Source: Hyperthermus butylicus DSM 5456
GTDB lineage: Archaea > Thermoproteota > Thermoprotei_A > Sulfolobales > Pyrodictiaceae
NCBI RefSeq assembly: GCF_000015145.1
Contig: NC_008818.1
Span: 330,001 to 362,000 of the forward strand
Direction of reading: 5' to 3'
DNA: 32,000 nucleotides
Part shown: positions 1 through 9,600 of the stretch, one piece after another
How the letters are laid out: every line of letters starts with the position of its first letter
How positions within the stretch are numbered: the first letter of the stretch is position 1
Translations under genes and position numbers: made by a program
Notes under the pieces: model-generated
The model's database searches: none
The model's input: only the letters and a program-made list of their open reading frames with translations
What the model was told of the DNA's origin: nothing

Positions 1-447
1 TCCCCCGAAGGGTGGAGACAACGAATCATAAACGCCGACTCACAATGCCCCGAGGGACTCTGGTACTTCTTCGCCACAAGATTCTCCAAAGCCTACTACT
101 ATCCCGCAAGCACCTACACCGCCGAAGAAGCATTACAAGCAACAATAGCTCAGACCGGGATCCCAAGCAGAGTATACACCATGGACGACTTCCTCTACAG
201 ACTTGCACGGGCCGGTGCTCCTGCCTGCATCTCCGCAGAATGGAGAGATGCTATAACCCCAAGCTTCAAACTATACGATGTACCAGTCATAGGCGCGAGA
301 GTAACATACTATGAAGATAAGCCAGTCCGAGTAGGACTTATATTTGCAGGCTTTGGTGGCACAACATACAGTAGTGGCACAACATACCGTGAAACTATAG
401 TAAACCCGCAACAACACACATTGCAGAGCCCTATTAATGGAGAATAA
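1..447 (+). CDS. C-terminal fragment of an unknown protein, truncated by the window edge
   Basis: Frame 1 is open from base 1 (SPEGWRQRIINADSQCPEGLWYFFATRFSKAYYYPASTYT...) through MDDFLYRLARAG...SPINGE and the TAA at 445-447. Aromatic- and Thr-rich, possibly a surface protein. Confidence 0.6.
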   Translation, partial: SPEGWRQRIINADSQCPEGLWYFFATRFSKAYYYPASTYTAEEALQATIAQTGIPSRVYTMDDFLYRLARAGAPACISAEWRDAITPSFKLYDVPVIGARVTYYEDKPVRVGLIFAGFGGTTYSSGTTYRETIVNPQQHTLQSPINGE

Positions 448-494
448 AATCGCTCAGTATATATCCCGAGCAGAGGTACTGGCAAGGCTATATA

Positions 495-1037
495 ATGGTT
501 CCAACGATCTACTACCTTCAAGCGGATGGAGTTATAGTGGTATATGATGTTGACCGAGTCTATGACGGTGTTTGCTACTACTATCGTGTAGTGCCAGTAG
601 TAACGTTTATCCCGCTCTACATGCAATATGTAATGGTAATTAACGATGTATATCCGCTGGGAATGCCATTGGATGAGCCTCCACCGGAAAGTTTCAATGA
701 TTTACTATGGAGTCCATATGCCGTTGAAGTACTAAGTAACTATTACACATCCGCTAATGTTGGCCAAATACTCTACGAGGATGTGACTGTTGGAGGTACA
801 GTGTGGGGCGAGGTTGCTGGCGTTGGTACGAACCCACTGAAAACGTATGTTGATGTAGTGCTTAACGGCGTGTTTGGTGCTGTTGGTGAGGTTGGCACGC
901 TTACATCCATATTCTACACCATTATCAGCAACTCGATATCGCATGCAGAGTTTAATGCCGGATTTGCAGCCATAGGAGTAGATATAGTTGTTGAAACAAC
1001 AGCTTCAACATACAATCTTGCTTTATACAGTTTATAA
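495..1037 (+). CDS. Hypothetical protein, 180 aa, beta/aromatic-rich
   Basis: ATG-initiated ORF; a possible coding tail continues in another frame beyond the stop (see findings). Confidence 0.5.
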   Translation: MVPTIYYLQADGVIVVYDVDRVYDGVCYYYRVVPVVTFIPLYMQYVMVINDVYPLGMPLDEPPPESFNDLLWSPYAVEVLSNYYTSANVGQILYEDVTVGGTVWGEVAGVGTNPLKTYVDVVLNGVFGAVGEVGTLTSIFYTIISNSISHAEFNAGFAAIGVDIVVETTASTYNLALYSL

Positions 1038-1214
1038 GTCTACGCTGCTGGATGCTGCTACGTCGTCCTACATGCCGTTAATCGGCTACTATACTGTTGA
1101 GGTTGGCACGCCCTAAGCTCCTCCGCCGGGTGCGCAGTCGAAAAGAAGCTGTAGGAGCTCCCTGAACTCTTGTGAGGGCTTCTATACTGGGTTCACGTTT
1201 TTGAACCTTGAAAA

Positions 1215-1235
1215 TCTTTCTTTATATCCCGGCTA
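1215..1235 (+). promoter_or_regulatory. Candidate archaeal BRE/TATA element upstream of the phosphopantothenate synthetase gene
   Basis: cttgaaaatctttctttatatccc, A/T-rich TATA-like element about 70 nt before the likely GTG start at 1299. Confidence 0.35.
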
Positions 1236-1298
1236 TATCTTTTGCACACGCTAGACTTTCTATGTGTGCTTCTGGTTTGCTATTCTTCTCGGGGCTGT

Positions 1299-2096
1299 GT
1301 GTTGGCTGGGGAGGACGGGTACGGGATTCCGCGTAGCCACCCGCGCTACTGGAGCCTCGTGATACGTGAGAAGCTTGTCGAGGCTTTCCGCGAGGGCATA
1401 GTTGTACCGCAGGGCCTCATAGCTCATGGTAGGGGTGAGTGCTTCGACTACCTGATAGGCGAGGAGACGCAGCCCTTCGCCCAGGAGGCTATAGAGGCTG
1501 CAGCTGCGGCGCTCCTCCTCGCGGAACACCCTGTGATATCTGTTAACGGGAACACGGCCGCCCTAGCGGCTGAGCACATGGTACGCCTCGCGGAGCTTCT
1601 CGGTGCGCCCCTGGAGGTGAACCTATTCTACCGCACCGAGGAGAGAGCGCGGAAGATAGCTGAGCTGCTAAGGAGGCATGGCGCGCGCCGCGTCCTAGGC
1701 GTCGAGGATGCCACTGCGAGGATTCCTGGGCTGCCGAGCCCGCGGGGGATGGTTAGCCCCAATGGCATCTACCGGGCCGACGTTGTCCTCGTAGCGCTCG
1801 AGGATGGCGACCGCACCGAGGCGCTCCGGAGGATGGGTAAAACCGTTATAGCAATCGACCTCAACCCGCTGAGCCGCACAGCGAGGACAGCAAACATAAC
1901 CATTGTTGACAACATCGTCCGTGCCGCGCCGAGACTCGTAGAGGCCGTGGAGAAGCTAAGGAGCAGGCCGCGGAGCGAGCTTGAACAAATACTGGCAAGA
2001 TACGACAACAACCGCGTACTCTCCAAGGCCCTCCAGCATATAGCCCAGAGGCTAATGAGGCTCGCGCAGATGGGCATAGCTATCGAAATAGGCTAA
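1299..2096 (+). CDS. 4-phosphopantoate--beta-alanine ligase (archaeal phosphopantothenate synthetase)
   Basis: Family-typical segments: [93 protein letters not shown]. The ORF track starts at 1242; GTG 1299 places the start next to the conserved N-terminus. Confidence 0.88.
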   Translation: MLAGEDGYGIPRSHPRYWSLVIREKLVEAFREGIVVPQGLIAHGRGECFDYLIGEETQPFAQEAIEAAAAALLLAEHPVISVNGNTAALAAEHMVRLAELLGAPLEVNLFYRTEERARKIAELLRRHGARRVLGVEDATARIPGLPSPRGMVSPNGIYRADVVLVALEDGDRTEALRRMGKTVIAIDLNPLSRTARTANITIVDNIVRAAPRLVEAVEKLRSRPRSELEQILARYDNNRVLSKALQHIAQRLMRLAQMGIAIEIG

Positions 2097-2400
2097 TGGG
2101 GCTCTCAGCCTGGGAGGACTACATCACAGAGCCCCGGCTCCTCCATGCTGGGCTCTCAGGGGGCTGGAACTCAGCACCGATAGTGGCTGGACGCCACGTC
2201 TAATTTTGGGTATGTATGTTATTGTTTTGTTCTTAGCTATAACCGTGTTTCTGTGTAAAGTATTTCTCTTGTCGGTCGGAAACTATCAGAGGTGGAGCCC
2301 TAACCCATATCTCCAGGGCCCAATAGATTCCACGTTGAGGGGGTTCGGGGATTACCTTTAGTCCCTCTTAGCGAGGACGTAGAGTGGGGGTAGGGCCGGT

Positions 2401-3282
2401 GTGCCTATAACGGTCGCGCTTACCCATATGAAGCTCAGACCATTAGCCAAGAAGTCTAACCTGGAGAAGGCTAGGAAGCTCGTGAGAGAGGCTGCCCTTA
2501 AGGGTGCTAAGCTCGTCGTACTGCCATCGTTTGTGAATATCGGCCATTTCTTCCTCCACTATCCGAGGACGCGCAGCCGGGCTATCACCAGGAACCAGGC
2601 TGAGCGAATCCCGGGCAATACCTTCGAATACCTCTCCATGGTTGCACTAGAGAATGGAGTCTACATAATCGCCGGCCCCATCATTGAGAGGGCTGGGCCA
2701 AAGATATTTCTCACAACAATGGTTATATCGCCGAATGGGAGCTTGATAGCCAAGTACCGGAAGGTTGCAAGCAACGGTCTTGACGAGGAGCTAGGTATTA
2801 GCCCCGGCAAGCAGACAGTCGTGATAGACGATATTGGTAGGAGTATAGGGGTCATGGCTGAGGACGACATACTTTACCCTGAGATCGCGCGAAGCCTGCT
2901 CCTCGAGGGAGCCACAGCCCTCATCGTAACGCTCCGGCCGGGGGAGGACGTGAATAGGGTTAAGCTCGCCCTCATGGCCCGAAGTATAGAGAACAATGTG
3001 CCTATACTTGCTGTTGGCTCCGTGTTTGAGGCTGCTGAGAGAGTCGTAGAGATCCCGACTATGGTTGTTGATCCACAGAACGGTATTGTGGAAGAGGTTA
3101 ACGAGCCCAACGACACCTACATACTGGTGGAGGTTATGGAGCAGCCATCCAATATCCAGGACATTGTGAGGACTAGCCTCATGGCTAAGGCGCTCGCGCC
3201 AATATACTGTAAGGCTGCCAAGGAGAGCCTCGTAGAGAATCTGGCTGGCCGTCTCAAGGCTGGTAGCAGTGGCGAAGACTGA
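2401..3282 (+). CDS. Carbon-nitrogen hydrolase (nitrilase) superfamily protein, probably catalytically inactive
   Basis: Nitrilase-like scaffold: KGAKLVVLPSFVNIG, IIAGP, KYRKV, GVMAEDDILYPEIARSLLLEGA. Catalytic Cys and first Glu positions are substituted. Confidence 0.75.
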   Translation: MPITVALTHMKLRPLAKKSNLEKARKLVREAALKGAKLVVLPSFVNIGHFFLHYPRTRSRAITRNQAERIPGNTFEYLSMVALENGVYIIAGPIIERAGPKIFLTTMVISPNGSLIAKYRKVASNGLDEELGISPGKQTVVIDDIGRSIGVMAEDDILYPEIARSLLLEGATALIVTLRPGEDVNRVKLALMARSIENNVPILAVGSVFEAAERVVEIPTMVVDPQNGIVEEVNEPNDTYILVEVMEQPSNIQDIVRTSLMAKALAPIYCKAAKESLVENLAGRLKAGSSGED

Positions 3283-3919
3283 GCCCAGCTTCGCCCTCTT
3301 TGAGCGGATGGCTGACCGATACGATACATGGTACGAGCGTAACAAGGTTATTGCGGAGAACGAGGCCCGGCTCGTGGAGGAGTTCCCAGCTAGGCCTCCA
3401 AGTGTTGAAGTAGGAGCTGGCACCGGCTACTTCGCCTCAAAGCTGGGCGTAGACGTAGCTGTAGAGCCCGCACTCTCCATGCTTACGAGGGCCTGGAGAA
3501 GGGGTGTTGAGGCTGTCCAGGCTGTGGGTGAAAACCTCCCGCTAAGGAGCGGCAGCTTCAACACCGTGTACATCATTGTTACGCTCTGCTTCCTAGATAG
3601 CCCAGAGCCCGTCGTGGAGGAGGCCGCCCGTATACTCACGCGTACTGGGAGGCTTGTATCCTGCATCGTGCCACGGGATAGTAGCTGGGGCCGCTACTAC
3701 ACCGAGCTAGGGAGGATGGGTCACCCACTCTACAGTGTAGCGAGATTCTACACTGTCGAGGAGATGAACGACCTCTTCGCAGGCGTGGGCCTAAACCCTG
3801 CGAAGATCATGGGCACATTATCGTTTAAGCCATGGGAGCCCCCGAGACCTGAAGAGCCAAGGCCCTGGAGGCCAGGAGCTGACCTGGGGTTTGTCTGTGT
3901 GGAGTACCGGTGGAGCTAG
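3269..3919 (+). CDS. Class I SAM-dependent methyltransferase
   Basis: VEVGAGTGYFASKLG motif I, VEPALSMLTRA, GENLPLRSGSFNTVYIIVTLCFL. GTG start overlaps the upstream ORF by 14 nt. Confidence 0.85.
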   Translation: MAKTEPSFALFERMADRYDTWYERNKVIAENEARLVEEFPARPPSVEVGAGTGYFASKLGVDVAVEPALSMLTRAWRRGVEAVQAVGENLPLRSGSFNTVYIIVTLCFLDSPEPVVEEAARILTRTGRLVSCIVPRDSSWGRYYTELGRMGHPLYSVARFYTVEEMNDLFAGVGLNPAKIMGTLSFKPWEPPRPEEPRPWRPGADLGFVCVEYRWS

Positions 3920-6060
3920 CTCCACCAACTATCAGGCTCCGAGGCTTCGCGGGCACCAACTGATAGTATGTCGTCAAGTATTGCTCTCAGCAGCACCGCC
4001 ACCATGCGGACACAGCTGCCGCGATCGCTGCATGATGCTGCGCCCAGAGGCACCCTTACATCGCCATCGTAGCCCAGGCCATGCACCTCACCGTAGAGTG
4101 TTGAGGTTAGCTCGTTAAAGCTTGCCCAGACCTCCCCGTGGACTAGGAGCCGGAGAGCCTCCTCCACCACGTCGCCGGGCACGCTGACGCCAAGGATTTC
4201 GCCAAGGGCATCAGCTAGGTCTACGCTGCGTTCCCCAAGGAGCTTCGCTATCTTCTCCTCGACGCTCCTCCGGTACTCTTCGAGCAGCTTTAGATCCTCA
4301 AGGCTACCCGCCCATGCCTCTACTAGGCTTATGTCTCCACCACTATAGTCTAGCACGCGGTCCCTGAGCCTTATCATGAGGGGCGAGGGGGCTATCGGGC
4401 CAACCACGACAGCCTCGCCGGTGTTCAGGCCGGGAAGGTTCTCTAGGAGGTCCTGGCTTACCTGCTCGCTAGAGTCACGTATAGCCTCCTGGTCCCGGGG
4501 GTTTACGACGCGGAGTATTATCTGGCCCTGCAGCTGGCTCAACACATCCGGGTCTATCTTGCTTGGCCTCTGGCTTATCGCAACAAGGAACACGCCGAAC
4601 TTGCGGCCCTCACTCGCAATCGTAGCCGCCACGTCGCGGCTACGGGTTTGCGCCTTGTTGCGGGGCGGCATGAAGCGGTGAGCCTCCTCCACGACGACTA
4701 CAACGGGGTACGGATAGCTCTCCCCCTCCAAACCCCTAACATACCTCATCCTAGCATTGAATATCCGGAGTAAGATGTTGTATGCTAGGTGGTCCTGCAC
4801 CTCCTCCCTCAGCCCTGCAAGGTTTACCACTGTCACAGTGCCGGGCTCGAGGAGGTAGCTCAGGGGCAGACTCTTAACGCCATAGACCCCTATGCGGCGC
4901 AGCTCCTCCAAATACCTCATGGCCCCGAAGGCTGGCTCCACGTCGCGGTTAAGGGCTAGCCATAGCCTGCGCAGAGCCCTTCCATACTCCTCCTTAGATG
5001 CATCAACCATTTGTAGCTCGGCGTCTATCTCACGTGCATCCCGGCCAGTGTGCTTCGCTGCCTGCTGGGCTATGAGCTGGTTGAAGCGGCGGGCGAATGC
5101 TTCGAGGCTTCTACCCTGCCCCCGGGCTAGTATCGCTGCGTCAGCTGCTGTCTGTACAATTCTTATGATGCCCTTTAGTCCTAGCCATCTCTTCTTGTCG
5201 CCTGTAGCCTCGGCTATGTAGTGGGAGAGCTTCTTCGCTGCGGATATAACGCTCCGTATCTTCGAGGCTTTGGGGGGTACGCGCGCAACACTCATCAGCT
5301 CCTCGGCCGTCATCTGTGCAACGCTAACCTTGTACTGTATGTCGCCCTCCTGATCCCTCCTACCCTTAACAATCCTAACCCTATCCGCGAACGCCGGGCC
5401 CAGCCGGGCTGCAGACCTCTTCATAGCAGTGTATTCTCCGTGAGGGTCGAGGACAACCACCGTGGCGCCCTTCTTGAGCAGCTCCTCTATGAGGATGACG
5501 CTAGCCCATGTTTTGCCTGCACCGGTGGCAGCTATTATGGCTACGTGCCTCTTAAGCCCCTCAACGTCGAGATATGCTGGCACCGTGGGCCTGGATATCA
5601 GCGTGCCTACGTGGAGCCTCCTCCTCTCCTCGACGGAGAAGAAGTCTTCGAGGAGACTGTCCGGCGCGAGGTAGACCCAGGACCCCACGGGCGGAGCCCT
5701 ACGGGGGAGGTATATCCTGTTCCTCCACTTGTAGCCGAGGATCCTTGCAACAGCAACCACTGTATCGCTACCGCGGGGTATACTGAGGTTTCGGAGCACT
5801 GTCCAGGGATGCTCGGGGGTTACGCCGACAGCTAGTCTGCGTATGCTTCGTATCTGTGCGAGAACCTTCACCAGTACCGATGTGTCGGAGCCCGGCGGGG
5901 TTTCAGAGACCTCGACATAAACATAATCGTAGAGCGGCGGGATATTGTTCGGGTCGACTGTAAACACAAAGTAGTCTGGCCTTGAGTCCCCAGTGACCAT
6001 ACCTATGGGCTCTATGGGCCTCTCCTTCCCCTTCAACGGGGTCTCCTCCAATCCCGTCAA
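3916..6060 (-). CDS. herA: HerA-family DNA helicase/translocase ATPase
   Basis: 714 aa; AATGAGKTWASVILIEELL (Walker A), VVVLDPHGEYTAM, YPVVVVVEEAHRFMPP (Walker B), VFLVAISQRPSKIDPDVLSQ. Confidence 0.85.
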   Translation of the reverse strand: MTGLEETPLKGKERPIEPIGMVTGDSRPDYFVFTVDPNNIPPLYDYVYVEVSETPPGSDTSVLVKVLAQIRSIRRLAVGVTPEHPWTVLRNLSIPRGSDTVVAVARILGYKWRNRIYLPRRAPPVGSWVYLAPDSLLEDFFSVEERRRLHVGTLISRPTVPAYLDVEGLKRHVAIIAATGAGKTWASVILIEELLKKGATVVVLDPHGEYTAMKRSAARLGPAFADRVRIVKGRRDQEGDIQYKVSVAQMTAEELMSVARVPPKASKIRSVISAAKKLSHYIAEATGDKKRWLGLKGIIRIVQTAADAAILARGQGRSLEAFARRFNQLIAQQAAKHTGRDAREIDAELQMVDASKEEYGRALRRLWLALNRDVEPAFGAMRYLEELRRIGVYGVKSLPLSYLLEPGTVTVVNLAGLREEVQDHLAYNILLRIFNARMRYVRGLEGESYPYPVVVVVEEAHRFMPPRNKAQTRSRDVAATIASEGRKFGVFLVAISQRPSKIDPDVLSQLQGQIILRVVNPRDQEAIRDSSEQVSQDLLENLPGLNTGEAVVVGPIAPSPLMIRLRDRVLDYSGGDISLVEAWAGSLEDLKLLEEYRRSVEEKIAKLLGERSVDLADALGEILGVSVPGDVVEEALRLLVHGEVWASFNELTSTLYGEVHGLGYDGDVRVPLGAASCSDRGSCVRMVAVLLRAILDDILSVGAREASEPDSWWS

Positions 6061-6219
6061 GATGCGCTATTTACCCGCCGCCTAGCCTGTGCACCCTGTC
6101 CCAGCCCAGTATCACCGATGGTATTACCATATGTTCTTTGGAGGGGGCTCCAGGCTAAGAAATACGTAGGCTATACTCTAAACACTAGAATATCTAGGGT
6201 GTGGGGCGACACGTGAGCT

Positions 6220-7527
6220 ATGAGGAGCATAGAGGTTCACGAGGTACATATACCCCGTAGGGCACGTCTACTAGCCAAGACAGCCTCTCGCATGGCACTT
6301 TACGCTGCTGAGAGGTTCTTCAAAAGGCTCATAAAGAGGGGTGTTGATCCCGAGGAGCACGTGAAGACTATTCGCTCCGCATCGGGACACTATGCCCTCT
6401 ACATACACATGCCCTTCTGCCACAGGCCGCTCTGCACCTTTTGCTGCTTTGTCCGCTACCCCTTCCACGAGAAGAGGCACCGGGAATACATCGACGCACT
6501 ACTCCAGGAGATATCGTGGCTAGCCTCGACCGCCGAGGGAGCCCACATTGAGACACTCTATATTGGCGGGGGTACGCCCAGCATAGACGTCTACAGCCTT
6601 GCAAGGGTTATCGACGCTGTACGCGAAGCCTTTGGCGGCAAGGTGCAAGTGTCTACCGAGGCTAATCCCAGGGACCTAACCGACGAAGCGGTCTCCGTGC
6701 TGCGCAGCGCCGGCGTCTCAAGGCTGAGTATAGGGGTGCAAGCACTGGAGCAGAAGAGGCTCCTAGAGCTCGGCCGGCTAAACAATACCGTCGAGGACGT
6801 CTACCGCGCCGTGGACCTGGTTAAGGGCAAGTTTGAGACGGTAAACATCGACATTATATGGGGGATTAGGAGCGACACCCCGGCAGTTGTTGCGAGGGAG
6901 GCTGCCAGAGCTCTAAGCCTCCCAGTGGACCAGGTAACATTCTACCCCCTCATGCCCGCACCGGGGCTCCGGGAGCTGGAGAAGAAGAGACGGGAGGGAC
7001 CCTGGCACCCCCTCGAGCACCGGCTCTACGGTGTAATTCTCGGAGAGGCTCTCAGCAGGGGTTTCAGACCCGCTACGCCCTGGTGCATGGATAGGGGGTC
7101 GAGACTTATAGACGAGTACGTGGTGGACTATGATAAGTTTCTGGCGCTGGGTATTAGCGGGATAGGCCGAGTCGGCAGCTACGTCTACGTGAACACCTTT
7201 AGCCTCGAGAAGTACTCTCGACTAGTCCGCGAGAGGGGGTTCCCCACCGTTATCGGCTCCATGGTCTCAACTAATAGCGACATGCTCTACTACTCGTTTA
7301 CAGCCGCCTTCGGGCTCCGCTGGCCGCCGCCCAGGATAGACCTCTATGGGCTGCGTGGCTACCTCCTAGCATCCACCGGCTCCGCTGTGCTGAAGCTCCT
7401 TGGCGAGAGGAGGGGCAGCAACAAGATTACACAGCCTGGCAGCCTCTACCTGCTACACAGCATACAGAGAAGCATATACATGGCCGTCAACATGCTAAGA
7501 GAGTACGGCATGCAGGTACAGATCTAG
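6220..7527 (+). CDS. Radical SAM protein, HemN/HemW-like
   Basis: YALYIHMPFCHRPLCTFCCF, ETLYIGGGTPSID, VSTEANPRDLTDEAV, RLSIGVQALEQKRL, VNIDIIWGI. Cluster-binding spacing is CX4CX2C. Confidence 0.85.
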   Translation: MRSIEVHEVHIPRRARLLAKTASRMALYAAERFFKRLIKRGVDPEEHVKTIRSASGHYALYIHMPFCHRPLCTFCCFVRYPFHEKRHREYIDALLQEISWLASTAEGAHIETLYIGGGTPSIDVYSLARVIDAVREAFGGKVQVSTEANPRDLTDEAVSVLRSAGVSRLSIGVQALEQKRLLELGRLNNTVEDVYRAVDLVKGKFETVNIDIIWGIRSDTPAVVAREAARALSLPVDQVTFYPLMPAPGLRELEKKRREGPWHPLEHRLYGVILGEALSRGFRPATPWCMDRGSRLIDEYVVDYDKFLALGISGIGRVGSYVYVNTFSLEKYSRLVRERGFPTVIGSMVSTNSDMLYYSFTAAFGLRWPPPRIDLYGLRGYLLASTGSAVLKLLGERRGSNKITQPGSLYLLHSIQRSIYMAVNMLREYGMQVQI

Positions 7528-8354
7528 CTCTGCCTCGCCGCAGCCCACTTTACTAGTCTAACACCCCAGCTGCGCTCCACCATGTAGGGGCCGCCTCCCT
7601 GCGCCACAGCCCTCCTCACATAACTACACACCGTACGGTCAATGTATATTCCTGCCACGATTGACGCTGACAGCCTCCAGGCTATCCTAGGGTGAAAGCT
7701 CGAGGAGGCACCGACAAGGACTATCTCAGCACTCCTTGCACTCTCGAGCAGCGGGAACAAGCTCGGGGGATCGATGAGCGCTGCACCAGAGACCACAAAC
7801 ATATCCGCATTTGCTGCCACATGCTCCAGCTCCAGGCCCCCAATAACTGGGAACCCGTCAATGGAGGCCTTCGCTACGAGCCTCCTCTCAAGCTCCGTGA
7901 CGTATACCTTGTACCCCATCTTCCTCAGCTTCCTGGCTATCGGCGCCATATAGCCCACGAGGATTACAGTGCCGCTGCCGGACTTGACCAGGTCCAGAGC
8001 ATCGAGGCCGAACTCTATGCCTGGCTCGGTAGTACACTCTATCCAGGCATTCGTAGCAGCATTAACAGCTGCCAGGGCTAGTGAGGCTGCGAGACTGTTC
8101 GCTGTTTTCTCCACTAGCCTCGCGAGCATCCGTGGCGTAGCATCCTCCAGGGCCTCCGCTAGGGGCTCATGACGCCGGCCGCTCCAGTAGGGTGCAGCAG
8201 CAACGCCACACCAACCGCCTTCGAGCTGGACATAGGCGTATTGGAACCCTATGAAGTAGTCTACAACCGGGAGCCCAGCCCAGCTGCGCAGCGAGGAGTC
8301 TAGCTCGCTCCTAAGCGCCCTCGCCAGTCTCAGCCAGTAATCCTTCTCCCCCAA
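7524..8354 (-). CDS. DUF364-like Rossmann protein (putative heavy-metal chelation family)
   Basis: GTVILVGYMAPIARKLRKMGYKVYVTEL, ANADMFVVSGAALIDPPSL, ...PRIAWRLSASIVAG. The ORF track starts at 8450; TTG 8354 (GEKDYWLRLARAL) shortens the overlap with the upstream gene. Confidence 0.6.
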   Translation of the reverse strand: MGEKDYWLRLARALRSELDSSLRSWAGLPVVDYFIGFQYAYVQLEGGWCGVAAAPYWSGRRHEPLAEALEDATPRMLARLVEKTANSLAASLALAAVNAATNAWIECTTEPGIEFGLDALDLVKSGSGTVILVGYMAPIARKLRKMGYKVYVTELERRLVAKASIDGFPVIGGLELEHVAANADMFVVSGAALIDPPSLFPLLESARSAEIVLVGASSSFHPRIAWRLSASIVAGIYIDRTVCSYVRRAVAQGGGPYMVERSWGVRLVKWAAARQS

Positions 8355-9222
8355 TCCTCCCGGACACCCCCAGGCTCGCCGCTCCAGCCTCTGGGAGACG
8401 GAGCCATACAACCCTCTGGGGGAACGGTATCTCCACACCTGCCTCATCAAGGGCCTTCTTGATCTTCTCCAGCAACTCCCAGCGGACGCGCAGCCACTTG
8501 GTGCTTGGAGTCCAAAATATAACCCTCAGCACCACGGCACTATCGCCCAGCTCCTCGACATAGACTACCGGCTTGGGCTCTGCTAGAACCCATGGATGAT
8601 CCTCTAGTATCCTGAATATTGTCTCACGTGCAACATCTATGTCGCTGGAGTAGCTTATGCCCACCAGGTATTCAACCCTCCGGGCCTGGTGGCTGTAAAG
8701 GTTCTTTATCACGCTACGGAATATGCTCTCGTTGGGTATCCTCACCTTGAGCCCATCAAGCGTTGTTATCCTCGTGGAGAACAGAGTGATATCCTCCACA
8801 ACCCCCATTATGCCAAGGTCAGGCAGCTCAACCATGTCCCCCGGCTTTAGCGGCTTGTCAAAGTAGAGGAATAGGCCGCTAAAGAAGTTCGAAGCCACGG
8901 TCTGGCTGGCAAAGCCCAGCGCAACACCTATCAAGCTGCCCGCAAACGCGAAACCTGTCACATCAAACCCAGCGACACCAAGGGCTATAACACCTGCCAG
9001 GGCGACCAAGAGGTAGTAAACCATCTTCGACGCTATATCCACGACAGTATGGGGAAACTGGCTAAACTCCAGCGTACGCCTAATCATCCTACGTATAAGC
9101 ATGGAGACCGCTATACCAGCAACCATAACAACCGAGAAGACAACGATCTTGTAAATATAGCTGCCCACCGTCTCCAGCAGCGCCGCCAACGACTCAGCAG
9201 CCAACCCTACACCATCCCACAA
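8311..9222 (-). CDS. MscS-family small-conductance mechanosensitive channel
   Basis: Hydrophobic N-terminus, then FAFAGSLIGVALGFASQTVASNFFSGLFLYFDKPLKPGDMVEL, RITTLDGLKVRIPNESI, VEIPFPQRVV. Confidence 0.9.
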   Translation of the reverse strand: MWDGVGLAAESLAALLETVGSYIYKIVVFSVVMVAGIAVSMLIRRMIRRTLEFSQFPHTVVDIASKMVYYLLVALAGVIALGVAGFDVTGFAFAGSLIGVALGFASQTVASNFFSGLFLYFDKPLKPGDMVELPDLGIMGVVEDITLFSTRITTLDGLKVRIPNESIFRSVIKNLYSHQARRVEYLVGISYSSDIDVARETIFRILEDHPWVLAEPKPVVYVEELGDSAVVLRVIFWTPSTKWLRVRWELLEKIKKALDEAGVEIPFPQRVVWLRLPEAGAASLGVSGRIGGEGLLAETGEGA

Positions 9223-9600
9223 AACACAATCAGCCCGCGAGATCCCAGTTTAACCCCCAGCCCACAACACGGAAGCAAGTAACGCTACAAACAGCCAGAG
9301 GCGAAGGAAGCCCAGGATACAGCTAGGCTAAAGAGGATAAGTACAGCTATGAGCACCTATCCAATGCTCATAAAACTTGTGTCTTCATTTACTTGATAAT
9401 TTTTACATTAACGCTCTCCTCATACAAATTAGTCGTTGCAAGGATTCCGAGAGCAAGTATCAATAATCTTCATGTGGGGACTAGCCTTCAGCTCTGTTGC
9501 TTGCGACTTCCCAGTGTATACGGTTTGGTATTGTACAACTTTGATTTATCGTTGGGCTAGCAGTTGGTCTTCATGCAGGGTTTTAGTGAGGTTTATTCCG

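Noticed and set aside
2100-2165. Repeated gggctctcag motifs downstream of the phosphopantothenate synthetase gene as a regulatory or mobile element
   Set aside because: Only two copies of about 10 nt in a GC-rich 3' region; most likely chance or terminator-related, with no further support.
3916-6060. Long plus-strand ORFs antisense to herA (4376-4681, 4892-5221, 5221-5835)
   Set aside because: They sit fully inside a strongly supported HerA coding sequence, their translations are low-information and Arg/Ser/Pro-rich, and they look like side effects of GC-biased codon usage.
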